A DNA stretch of 64,000 bases from Balanoglossus misakiensis (taxonomy: Eukaryota > Animalia > Hemichordata), in contig CM082594.2 in the NCBI GenBank assembly GCA_040954595.2, positions 8,821,612 through 8,885,611 on the forward strand. The letters are read 5' to 3'. Below the pieces are notes generated by a model, which saw nothing but the letters and a program-made list of their open reading frames with translations, searched no databases and was not told the DNA's origin. Numbering within the stretch: the stretch's first letter is position 1; each line of letters starts with the position of its first letter. The position numbers and the translations under genes are program-made. Shown here one piece after another: positions 38,701 to 50,900 of the stretch.

Positions 38701-41700
38701 TTCTCTCCAAGCGCTGAGTCAGTTTTGCAGCCTTGTTGCAACTTTTAACTTTCCAAAACAATAACCTGGAGGAGCGATTACCAACCCTCCCATCATGCAA
38801 AACCCTGGGTTCTTGCGCACACAGGTTCTGACCTCAAGCAGCTCGCAGTGCAACTGATAATTTTATTTTTATTTAATTGTGTCCCGCAGCGATGGAGAGA
38901 AATCGCTTTGAAGTTTCTTTGCCCCAATCTGCCTTTCTCACTTGACCAGGTAATTTGCCTGTAAATGAACACTGATTGAAGCGTCTCGTTTCACAGGGAA
39001 TGGCCACCTTTCCCAATACATACACCGGGAATCCCTGCAGGCATCCCCTGGTCAAATTTTAATTGCAGTTGTTTTTCCGCGGCGCCGATCTCCAAGGTAT
39101 GCCGGCCCGCGAACTGAGTCACGTCCGCCCCAAAAACCTAGGTGTAGTTTTCCACCTTTCTCCGGAGGTGGCCGACAGATTCAGTTACCTTCCAAATCTA
39201 GCACATTTCCTGTGAGAAAGCCTGGGACACACAGACACACCAGGTCGTCAAGGAATGTTTATCGGCAGGGCGACTAACCTGACAAGTCGTGTTCGTTATC
39301 CGGTTCCTCCTCTGGCGCCTCCGGATAAATTATAGCCGTGTCGCTCCGACTCAGATACTCTTGAATGTTCATCCCCCGACTCCGTCTCTCTTCCTCCCGC
39401 AGCTCCTTATTGCTCTGGTAACCATCGTCGCCGTGGAAACTCCCCTCGTTGCTGCTCACCTCATCGTGATTAAGTTCATTTTCATTGCTATGGTAGCCAT
39501 CGCTGTGGTTACCACTGTCCCTGCATTCTGGCAAGTTATTGGCTTCAACTTCTGGGTCGCTCTCATCGGGAATATCTTCAACTATATAGACAAAAAAAAA
39601 AGAGAAAAAGTGAATCTTTAGCATAGATAACCAGCATTCTTTACCATCTTCTGTCACATGACAGAAGGAAATCTAAATTTGCGGTCATTTGGAATAAACA
39701 AATACATGATTTCCTGTCTCAGTATATCAAGATACGTGAGACCATCCTCGTTTTGTGGATACAATGTGGCTGTTGTCATTTTCTTATTGCGTCAAAGTAT
39801 GCTGATATCACAACAACATCACAATTGAAAACAATTACGGGAAGTCTAGAACAGCTGTAACTTTCTTCATCTACAGACTATTTTGATCATAAGGTGCACA
39901 CTCAAAGTTTAGAAACACGGTAGATACTGGAGGTAAAGTTACTTGTTCAAAGGTCAAACGTTCAATGCAACAATCATTTTCCGCTCACGGTCAATGTTTT
40001 TTCCCACCAAAAAAATAAATTCCATAAACAAGGAAACACCACAATGTCAAGCAATGTATTAAATACAAGGTCAACAAAAATTGCACGTAAAAGTTTAAAC
40101 TGCCTTGCTCTCACGTCAATTTCCAAAATAATCAGTTTCCAGTGTGTTTTTCACCAAAACTGCAACAGGAGTTTTCAATTTTCTTGCGTGAGAACATTTT
40201 TCGGCAGATGAGCTGAGCCGGCTTCGGCGCTACACTCTGATTTTTTTTATAGTCTCCCCGCACAGGGCCTTTGGGGATTGGCTTCACTGGTATCAGCTTA
40301 CACTCTGGCTCCACCGTTCTCCGTTCGGCCTGTTTATAGAACTCACCAACAAGCAGAAACGCACATCACCTGTTAGGTTCCTTCAAACTTGTGATCATCA
40401 AACATTAAAAGGTAAATAAATTTGCCAAAATGGCCTAAACAACTGTCTGTGTATAGCCAAGCTGGCGAGCAAAAAACAGCGCCTGTTTACAGTTGCTCTA
40501 AACAAAGTCGGGTCTAGGTGTAAACTCACCCAACTACCTTCAGCCAATCGGTTTTAAAGATACTGTAAAGATTTTACAGTATACACGTTTGTGTCAATTT
40601 GCGACAAAGGTTATTTCGTTTTCATGAGCGCCAAGTTTATCCTGAAGTCACAGACTTTGAGTCGATATTTGATCTTGTGTGACATTTGGCCAACTTACGG
40701 AGATGCCAGACATCCATTGCTTGACTCTCGTTGTCTGGATTTTCGCAGTGAAAGTTTTGGTTGCGTGTGTCCGCTACAAATACTGAAATCTGCTTTTTGT
40801 CTTGACTTCACAATTACAGCAGACAACATGGTAATTGTGATCTTGCTCAAATTATTCGACCACTCTGATCTCCTCTAGGTGTGAAGCAGAGACTTTCACA
40901 AAAAATAAAGGTGTTAAAACTGGCAGTCAGTCACTGCATAAATACCTAATTTCCTGTCAGCCAATTATAAGCAATCACCCCATACTTCGATCAAATTATC
41001 TCACTCGACACAATTTCAGCTAATATTTGATCTAAACACCTCTTTCTCTCTACCTTGGAAGCAGTTTTCCCACGTGAAAAGGTGCCAAATTAGAACATCT
41101 GTGATAAAATGTTTACTACACAATGGTTACAATTTTCATCCGCTATTTAATGTTCCCAAATAACCTCTTTTTTGAGAAATATTGTAAAACAAACACTTCA
41201 CCTTTGGGTTCTTTGTAACACGTAAGCCCTGAATGAACTACAAAAAAACAGACCATCACATTTTATGTCCAAATAAAGACTAAGAAACCAATTAATGATA
41301 ATTTAAATAAATTTCCATAATAACAACACCTGAATTACAGGTAAAAGGTTAACACAATGGGAATAGCTGGATTGAGAACCACACTCTCAACAAAAGCACA
41401 ATTGTCCAAGAGTCTAGCATAGAAAAACTTGAACAAAACTACACTAGTCTCTGGTTAGCAGCTAAAATGAAGCCATTGTATTGTTTGATAAACACTAAAT
41501 TGTTTTAATTAGGACCTAATACACTGAATTGGGCAGGGACAACACAGGTCTGGTAATTTGCATAGTTATTTCCCTCTCTTCCCCGAAAATTACCCTTCGT
41601 TATCAATAAAAGCCAAGCGGAAAACCCCTGATCAATCTACACACAGCACCTTTACAAAGATAACTTCTGTTCGAAATACACCTTAATTCCGGTCAATTAA

Positions 41701-44700
41701 ATTTCTCATTTCTGTTCACAGCCCACACCGGTGCGATTTGACCGAAACCATCAATTTGACTTGATCCAACAAAACTCCTTTTCTTCAAAACACTTGCATG
41801 GAAATTATTCCCCTTTCAAATATTCCAATGTTTCACAATGTCAGAGGTGTAATTTTCCGGTTTTCCCATTTATTCCGGTACGGATTATTTATACAAAATC
41901 ATAAATTATATTTTTGGGGATCAAATTACTTGAACAGGAAAATTACACTTTTCCTGTTGGCGATTGGTAATTACACATGAACTACCATGAATAAAAATAA
42001 TACGGTCTAGACTTTGTGTCTGTAGCGACAGGTAGAAACAGGCAAGTCAATTACCCATGCATAGTGTTTGCTCAGAGTGTTTTAGCAGGAGCAGATGTAG
42101 CCATGCCCATCCACTCGGAGCCCGGGTTTTTTTTTCCTTCTTCCAGTTTGAGAAACCTAGGTGGTCTGGATAATCAATGCTTAGATGGAACTAGCAGGTG
42201 CAGGTGATGCTATAGAGCCATAATAGTGACATCATTATTAATACGAACACATGTGACGTCCATGCAAATACCTACTTCACAGAATCGTGGCCAATATTAA
42301 GTCTCCGCGTCCGACGACGTCGTCAAGCTATTTTGTCTGCGAGCATCACCGCGCGGCGCGGTACAACCGCATGAAAATTTACCGCGGTTCTACAAGGTGA
42401 AACGATGGAAGTCAAGCGGGCTGACTGTGGGAGTCTGCAAGTCGAGACTAACTGGCAACACGCTGAACTTTTAATTTTCCTCACGTCTGCTCGGAACCCA
42501 TTGCTATTACCGTAATATGAAACTTATGATAAACATATCATTGTAGATATGAACTTCATTACACAGTAAAGTGCCTTGTTTGGCCTGCTTGATTCCCACA
42601 CTTTTCCCATCTAAAAATAACATATTTTTGCCCTTTCAAACAATATCTCCACAAAATTTATATTTAAAGCCAGAGGTCAAAATAACAGGTTGTCTATTCA
42701 TCTTTTATCATTTCTTCATACAAAAAGAATAATTTTCTGAAAAAGTCACCAAAAACTACATTTCTGATCAATACGATTAATCAAACTTGTTAATCAAGAA
42801 TTTCAAACATGAACGACTTCTGATTTCTGTAAATTACAGAACTCATTAAGTTCTCACTGAAAAAATAAATAATAAAACACTTACAATGGGCCACAGGGTA
42901 GCAAAATTTTTTGATTGATAGCTCAAGATAGTTTAAGATTGCGAACAATGAAAGAACACTTGGGGTTTGGCTTGAGGACGTCATAAGGTTTGTAGAGGCC
43001 AGGGGGAAACTGCACCAAACTTTTTTGCCTGGCCGCCCCCATAGCACCAGACACAAACTTTGCCTCAGTGTATGAAAACAAGAGTAAACTTCACCACCCT
43101 AACATTTGGACATTCAGCTTTGTAATTATTTGTGATCCGCAAAGTCTATTATTAACCGTCGACCAGCGCCCAGTGTCCATACTCTACCAGGGAAGGTAAC
43201 CCAATGTAATGAATTGATACAATGTATCAAATTACAAACTCATCAACCCAATGCCGTTGATGATGTTTCCAGATGTAGCGTCTCCGCCACCACGCAGACC
43301 GAGCTACCTTTGGTGACCTGTTCCTCTCACCCCAGGATGAGTCAGAGCCGTGCTGGGAACTGATTTGTACCGCTCGCCCCGTTCAGGTGGCCCGGATCAA
43401 AGGATCACATCTTCTCATGTTGCATTTTGCTTAAATTTAATGCCACCCTTATGAAAGTCATAAAACCGCAATGCAGAGTATCGCATCTCCACCAAGAAAA
43501 GAACAAAGCGTGGAAAATTAAAATAATATCAGTTTCCTTAAATCTGCTCATCTGGAGTCTCAAAACTTCAATAATCACAACATTTGGTGGACCTCCCTTT
43601 ACCAAAAAAGTTAACACAAAAAAACTGTTTTTATTGAAACTCAAACAATTGTCAAACACTTTGCAGTGACTAAAATTGTCCTCTTCAAAGAAATATAAAA
43701 CACACTTTGATGCATCAGACTAGTAGAAGTATCTTAGAAGTCAACACCTTTTCTTCTAACGAGTTCAGTTGAGGAAATAATTCCTGTCGAGTGATAGCAA
43801 TCTGTTTAGCCCTGTATGATCAAATATTTTCATAAACATACTGAACAAGAAGTCAGGTGGAAAAATTGTTGATCATAACCCAACTGGCCGTTTATTAAAT
43901 CACAACAGGTTTTCTCTGACCTCTGATTGCTGACAGCTCTGCTCAAGATATAACCTGAGATTGTCATCTTTCATTCGTTTCCTCTTCGTCTTCGCCACTC
44001 TGTCTCTCATTTCCGTCTTGTTTACTCTTCCACGTGCCCTTTTGTGAGATCGTTAAAATCTTCAAAGTTTCGTATATCACTTCTATTAAAAGTTTTCATG
44101 ACTTCGCTTTCTTTATGACTCACAGGGTCAAAATACACCACTGACACAATCCGCATGACACTCCCCGATTGCGGCCGGCGATGGATGTGCTAACCGAATA
44201 TCAATTTAATTATTCATTCTTACGAAACACCTCGAAATAAAGGGGAGGGGAAAATCGTCCGGAAATGAGAGTATGACCAAAGTACCTTCTGACTGGCGTG
44301 ACTGGGGCTTTTGTATGTAAATATGAATTGAATCAATGACTGAGTTGCAGACAGCTGTCATGGAAAAACAAACTGATCCTCCCCGGCACACCGAGATGCA
44401 AGGCACTGCATTGCCATTCCTCTGACAGGAGTGTTATTTCAAACGTTGTTTACTCTGATCCGATTGAAGGTGATTTTCGGTGTGGATTTACTTTGTATTA
44501 AGTTGTCGCACCCCCCTGCAAGGAGCTACTCAGCCCTACCTAATAGGCGACACTCAATTCTTCAATTTACTCCCTGATTGCAAGTAAATGTACTGAAATA
44601 TATAATGCAGATAGCAAAACAAATGAAACAAAAAAAAGGCCAAAATTCAGGCACACAAAATAAATCAATTAAGAAAATGTCATATCCTGTAGATCACATT

Positions 44701-47386
44701 CTCTGCTGAGAAGGTGTTGGTTTTCACATGCGTCATCTACACTATAGCTGTTTTTCTTGCAAAGCGCTTGAATCAAGGCTGAGGGGAAAAATTCCCGGCA
44801 TATCTGCCACGATAGCATCTGAATTATGCCAGTGGTATGCCAAGCATCAGCTGTCCATAGGTAAAAGGTACTAACCGATATTAAAACAAGGAACCTGGCA
44901 GGGGGCTTTCAAACAAAAAAGAAACTGTTAATAAACCTGTCAACATGGGGGCAAGGTTTCACACATGATTTTTTTCTGCTGAAGTGGAAAAAAAAACTTT
45001 CAAACATAATTTGATCAAGGGATTTACCCCTTTCCCCAAGCACCATGTTTAATAATTAGTACATATACACCCACAAAAGTTAAAACAAACAAGTTTTTTT
45101 AGGATCAGCCAACTCAGAAGTTTTCTGGGCTTGCCTACTCAACTATCTGTGCAGTTTACATTTTATTTAAAATATCAGAAAGAGTTAATCAGAGATAATG
45201 TGTACATGCCAATATAGACTTTGTAATCATTTAGCACATAAACCAGAGCCCAAGGTAAACATACAGACAATAGAAACTGTTAGCACAAAGTCCTGAATTT
45301 GCTGCCAGTATTTTTTGAATTGTTGGGGGATAGTGGCAGCACCTAGGAGGGGATGTTTATGGTTTATCTCTGGTTAGATACTTGCAGGAGATTATAAACT
45401 GAAGATCCCTGCGGCAGGCCCCAGCAAACGCCACTTTCAGGTAGTCTACTGACGTACTTTATTTTTACTGTTCCGCTAGGTATAATGTTACGTGGCTTGA
45501 GAACAAGCGCTCTGAAAACACCAATTTAATGGCCGTGAAAAGATCTGGGATAAAAATAAATCGTGTGATAGTCTGCAAGGCTCCAGTATGCGATACTTTA
45601 CATTACAGCTTGTGGATCTGGAGTCAAAACAGAAACACTGTGAACTATCAGGTATATAGAGAGCTCACCTCTTCACACTACAATCTGGAGTAGATGAAGA
45701 CCAAATATTGAAGAAAAGTGAGCGATAAACACATAAAAAAATGTCTATCAGGTGATGCAATTAAGTAAATCCAGTGTGTTAAATTACCAACTGTATTATT
45801 TACATATAACACCTGCTGGGCTTATTAAACAATACTTCTGGCATCTGGAAGGCCGATGGCCATTCCTTCAATCATCACTGCTCCCAACAATTGTGTCAAG
45901 TTTGGGACTAGAAATAACCATTTCATTATCCAATTCGTTGCGAAATTGGACAAGTTGGGAAATTGGAATCTAGGGGTAAAGTCTGGAATTGTTTGGGTAT
46001 TAGTTGAGATCAACTGAAGGGTTTTATTGGAAGACGGGCTTACAAGGAAGGGGAGTACATTTCAGAAACTGGACTGCATGTTAGAGCAATATGTGCGAGC
46101 TCATAGGCGCTCTATCTATTCAGAACACTACTTAGCATATACCTTCTTCCATTGTGGAAAAGAACAAAAATAGAGTGTTTTACATATCACTTTCCCTTTC
46201 ATCCCTCCCCCACCATCAGTTATCAGACATAAAAAAATAAGGAAGGATTAAAAAGTTTGTGGTGTCTTGAGAATTTCCAATATTTTTACTTTTTTGGAGA
46301 CAGGAATTTAAAACACTCTCTCCGCGGTAAATATAACATAAAGGGCATTGGAGAAAAGGTGATTACACGTAACACACACACATGAGGGGCCGAGACCATC
46401 TGTCCGGTCCGAGCTCTGGATTGACAAAAGAAGGCAAGGTACAATCACTCCAAAAGCGTTGGACCAAACGAAAACAAACATCCACGCAGAGTCCGCGGGA
46501 CGTCGATTGAGTTGTCGCCTATCTCATCAAGCCAGGTATGCGGTATACGAGGTTAAAATCAACTGAAACCACGTCCGCCAGTGACTCGCTTGTGATCAGA
46601 ATGGGACCAGCTTGCCCGCAGGTTTTACGCGAGACCATCATCGCGAATGTCCCTCTACTTTTGTCTGATCGCCGGAGTATAACGGAGCAAAGGATGCTCC
46701 AAGCCCCACACAAAGTGAGGTACACGATTTCAGTCGGTGTACAATACACGCACACCGCGTCTCACACGGCGAAATATCACACGTTTAAAATTCAGAGAAT
46801 CGAAAAAACTGCAAACACGGAATGCAAAATAAAACAGTAGAAACAGCTTGTCGGATTACATGGCCACGTTTTCCCTTTGTTAACACCTGCAGTATATTAA
46901 TTATGCAGTCGACTTTCGCTGTCATTGTTCGCTGGTCTGTATCATTGTTGGGCCATCACACTTTTCGAAACAGTTGGTCGAAAAAAAATCACCGATCGCG
47001 TACACGAATTTTGAACTTTTATACGTCCATACAGTTGATCATCGAGTGTAATTATTCCATCGCTTGGATTTTATCCACTGATGCCACTGACAATCAAGGA
47101 GCAAATAGTCGCGATAGACACAAAGATCCATTCATATAATAAGCTTGTATACACACTACGTTACACTGCACTCAGGTATATCGTTGAAATCAACAGCGAA
47201 CAATGTAACGCGCACATCTTAATGTCGTGGAAATCGACACAAAAACTCGCCGCATTGTCACGAAAGTTACAAGTTCAGTCAAAGTCATGATGGTTGACAA
47301 TTCTGGACAGTTGAAAAATTATTCCTACCTTTTTTACGTCTTGGGTTAGCTTGTTTTCTCCGTGTACACCTGGGGCCCTCCGCCAT
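32502..47386 (-). CDS. ZEB: Zinc finger E-box-binding homeobox protein (ZEB1/2, zfh1 orthologue), ~1091 aa
   Basis: Exons 47386-47329, 39581-39279, 37536-35050, 34936-34760, 32752-32502; 3276 nt, all junctions phase 1. Motifs: [36 protein letters not shown]-terminal ZF cluster ending [52 protein letters not shown], atypical homeodomain, QPLDLSLPK, three C-terminal fingers ending [20 protein letters not shown]. Confidence 0.97.
34760..34936 (-). CDS. ZEB: ZEB coding exon 4 (first C-terminal finger)
   Basis: [27 protein letters not shown]. Confidence 0.95.
35050..37536 (-). CDS. ZEB: ZEB coding exon 3 (N-terminal ZF cluster, Smad-binding-like region, homeodomain, CtBP motif)
   Basis: Lies within ORF 34994-37576; tttttctag acceptor, G|gtaaga donor. 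Confidence 0.96.
38070..38121. repeat. Short imperfect direct repeat, two units spaced ~30 bp
   Basis: caaaccgatatacctcggtcag ... caaaccgatcacccccggtcag. Confidence 0.55.
39279..39581 (-). CDS. ZEB: ZEB coding exon 2 (acidic region, [10 protein letters not shown] motif)
   Basis: tatag acceptor, G|gttagt donor; conserved ZEB motif. Confidence 0.92.
47329..47386 (-). CDS. ZEB: ZEB first coding exon (58 nt, NuRD-interacting motif)
   Basis: ATGGCGGAGGGCCCCAGGTGTACACGGAGAAAACAAGCTAACCCAAGACGTAAAAAAG|gtagg = [19 protein letters not shown]; absent from the ORF track. Confidence 0.93.
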
Positions 47387-47955
47387 GTTCCGATTCATTG
47401 AGTTGATTGAGAGAAGCTCGCGCATGCGTATGGATATACCAAATATCTACGTCATTGATGGGACTTCCTAATTTACAAGAAATCCTACTTTTATTGTGAC
47501 ACTGCCATGATAGGTGGAAACACTTCGCACCATCTGGAAACGATTTACCTTGCAGCGGTGACATTGCGGGCCATAGTTTCTCAACAAGGTTTAGATTTGA
47601 TATATTTTATACAAGGTCAGCGCTGTCCCGCTTTGCTCATCGCTACAATGATTGAATGATGTCTATTTTTATGCAAATACACGCCAGGTGTGCGTACGTC
47701 CTTTGTTTGTATTCATGCGATCCCTCTTGAATTTGCATCACTTTATCACTAGGCAACAGTCCTTAGCCTTTCGACCTTATAAATATGTAATCCAAGACAA
47801 AATATGCCCGATCCCCGCGGTTTCTTACATGAAAGGCCGGTGAAAATCAAAATAACATGCGGACTTATTTCGCTGTGCTGACACCTGGTTAGCGGCGGAG
47901 GAATCAATTGTGGGTTCATTGGACGCTGAAGCTGGTACGGGAAGCCTGAGAAGCC
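47387..47955. promoter_or_regulatory. Bidirectional promoter shared by ZEB (-) and the CCHC zinc-finger gene (+)
   Basis: 569 bp between divergent ATGs; outward TATA-like boxes (TATAAAA on - at 47605-47611, TATAAATA on + at 47778-47785); opposed octamers at 47671 and 47731; E2-boxes at 47685 and 47882; CpG-enriched over ~46.4-48.3 kb. Confidence 0.7.
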
Positions 47956-47995
47956 ATGTCTCGCCGAAAACAAGCCGCCCCACGGCCGATCAAGC
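47956..47995 (+). CDS. 40-nt first coding exon encoding MSRRKQAAPRPIK
   Basis: gccATG Kozak-like context, perfect gtaagt donor, FOG/SALL/BCL11/ZNF423-type motif. Confidence 0.85.
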
Positions 47996-50900
47996 GTAAG
48001 TTTTTCACCCACACATGGACGATCGGTATCGTGATATTTCTCGGTATGTCGAGATCGTGTGTCGTACCGCGTTGTGACCTTCGATTTGCCGCACGGTGGC
48101 GAAACGCGAAATGTTTAGGTTCTTGGCAGATTGTTACTGATTGGCTGCCATTTTGAATATGAAATGAGCCACCAGGTTTGGCAACGGTGCTGCATACGTA
48201 ATGAGTTTTCAGATAAACTTTGCACTGTGAACAAAGGGAATTTCAGTGGGCGCTCACGCAGAACTTAGGCGGGAAATAGAAAGGTTTGAATCCGGGCTGA
48301 ATCAGGGAAACTTAAAAAAGACTAGTATACCATTAGCCCAGACATTTTTACTGGAAAAAAATGCTTTCCAATTTATTTAAAAATAAGATAGATCGGAAGT
48401 ATTATTAAGTATCATCTTAATATGAATCCATTGAAAATTAGCACACAACAAATATATCATTCTTTTTTATGCTCTTGATAAATCTGAGGCTTTGTTCAAT
48501 GAAACTTTTTAGGATGGAAAATCAGAAAACTATAACTGATGACTGATGGGATTTTTAAGAAAACTAAATTATTTATTATAAGATGAAAAATCAGTACACC
48601 AACTATAAATTATGTCTTGTTTTATGATGTGTTGAATTTTAGGTGGATAATGTGTTTTAATTGAAACATTTTTACCAATGACATATTTTGTTCAAAGATA
48701 ACTTGTGACATATGTCATTTTTCTCAAAATAATATGCAAATGTCTGAAGAGGCTTCAGCATAATATAATAATATATTTCAAATCATACGAATATATATAT
48801 TCTGCCGTTGCAAAATTTTAAGGCTCACTTTTGCACTTTGGGAAATCCGTCCAGCAGCGCATTTCTAGAAACACCTCTCACCACCCAAGTTCCTGTGTCC
48901 TGGATTTGCTATTTTCCAGGATTTCCTCCTTGTAGGGAGATACACTTTCACCTTTATTGCAGCCGGATTGACAGATGCTGTGACTCCAGGAAATGACATT
49001 GTCAACGGTTTCTGAGAAGGAATCGGAATTTCCTTGCAGAAGTCGCCACACGGCATACCTTATATGGAATATTAATATCCATCCCCACTGAATATTCATG
49101 ATCCGGCTTCCCAGTCTGTGGGATGGGAAAGCCATCTGTGCTTGTTGTCAGCTCTCCGGGGGTTCCCGCGGTGATTTCCCCTCTCCTCCACGTGTTTCAA
49201 CTTATCACCTACCCCATCAAACTTTTCACCCAGCTTGTCAGTATCATGGTACGCCCCTATTGTTTTGCATTGCTGGGTCAGTCCGCTTGACATCAACAAA
49301 GGTGGGACTGTAGTGAAATATAAGTTTCTACGGTAACCTGCCAGATTCAGTAATTTTTTTCTCTCAGAGATTTACTGGGAACATATTCTCTTAAATTACA
49401 TTCGCAAACCACGTCTTGACTTCACAGCTATTCTCAAGTTTCTTTGCTCTTCATAAAAAAATCTCTTGTGAAAGTTGATTCAGGATTTAACCTCTTCACC
49501 ACCACGTCCGAGTATACGAGTCCAACCACACCATTAAAACAATTGCCAAGGATCAAAGTACAGTTTTTCACAGGGTGAATGACTTTCTCATCTATGTTTA
49601 TAAAAAACATTTGGTAACAACAGAAACTGGTGAAAATATTGCATTGTGCCTTTTTGTGTTGACAGATTTTAAACGCCCTGGCGAAGTTGTACTTGGGTAA
49701 CCTTTCCTGATTGTGGTTCCCTTTTATAAAATGATTGGGTAATATGCTTGAAATCTCTCCCTCTACTGACCAATCAAATTTCAGCTGATATGTCAAGTAT
49801 GTCTGCATTTTATGTAATCACAAAATAATATGATGGTAACTAAAAAATTCCGAAACCTTTGTGGTAATTCACACAGCTCAATCGAAGCAGTCATTTTATA
49901 GGACACTGTCCACTTTGGTGGTATTAATTGCGACTAGCCCCAGTTGTAATTATTGCGTGCATCATGTTGGTCATATCAATATCACTGGGTGACCTGCAGT
50001 AATTTATAATGGTTTTGAGTTGTGTGTTTATCGATGACAAATCACGGGACAGGGTGACCGAGATAACAATAAATACAGTGGCTCTAACTTTAAGTTGCTA
50101 GATGGCTGCATCTTTTGCAAAAGGGTAGACAACCTAAATGAGGTGAAAGGTCATATTTTGACGTTGCTAAATTATGTTGAATTCACTGACAATGTGCAAA
50201 AGTACAGAAGAGTAGAGCCTGTCTTTTCACTTATTTGGTTCTTTGACTCCAAACCTTCAAAATGGAGGTTGCTTTTTGATCAAACCCAATTTCTTCACCA
50301 AATTATGCCCTCTGTGGTCAAAATTTGGTAGGCACGTGGCATCGCTCACCTTTGCATCATACATGTACCTATGCAGCAGCTGGTTCCGAGACGGTTCCAT
50401 GCAAGCAAGACTACATTTGTACTGTTCAAAGTGTTTCCATTCATGTAGTTTTGTTTATGTACTATAAAGCCTCAATATTTTAGCTTGATAATAATGTGTG
50501 TTATTGGGTTCAACCTGTATGGTTTCTTCGGAATTTTTAAGACAAATAAAGCCAGAACTGTCTGCCAGTTTGACCATAAAAGCCATGGATCCACGTGCAC
50601 GTGAAATAGCTAGCTGCTCTTTGATGCCAGACACACAAAAACTCTCCAATCCAATGGCATGCTTTCAAGGAACAGACTACCTGTTTACAAGTCAGCTCAA
50701 AGCAGCTGGAAGAATAGCCAGGTAAAAGGGCTGCACGCCACAGAAGCCAGCGTGAATAACAACTCCCAAAGAATGTCTTCTCTCATTTGTTATGCACCGG
50801 ATGTTACATGTCCTGGGCTAAAGTACCTCTATTGAGTCTGGGGATCTGCTTTGCCAATTGTTGGGGGCAAGCTGTAGAGGTTAGAGTAGATTGGTTAGTA

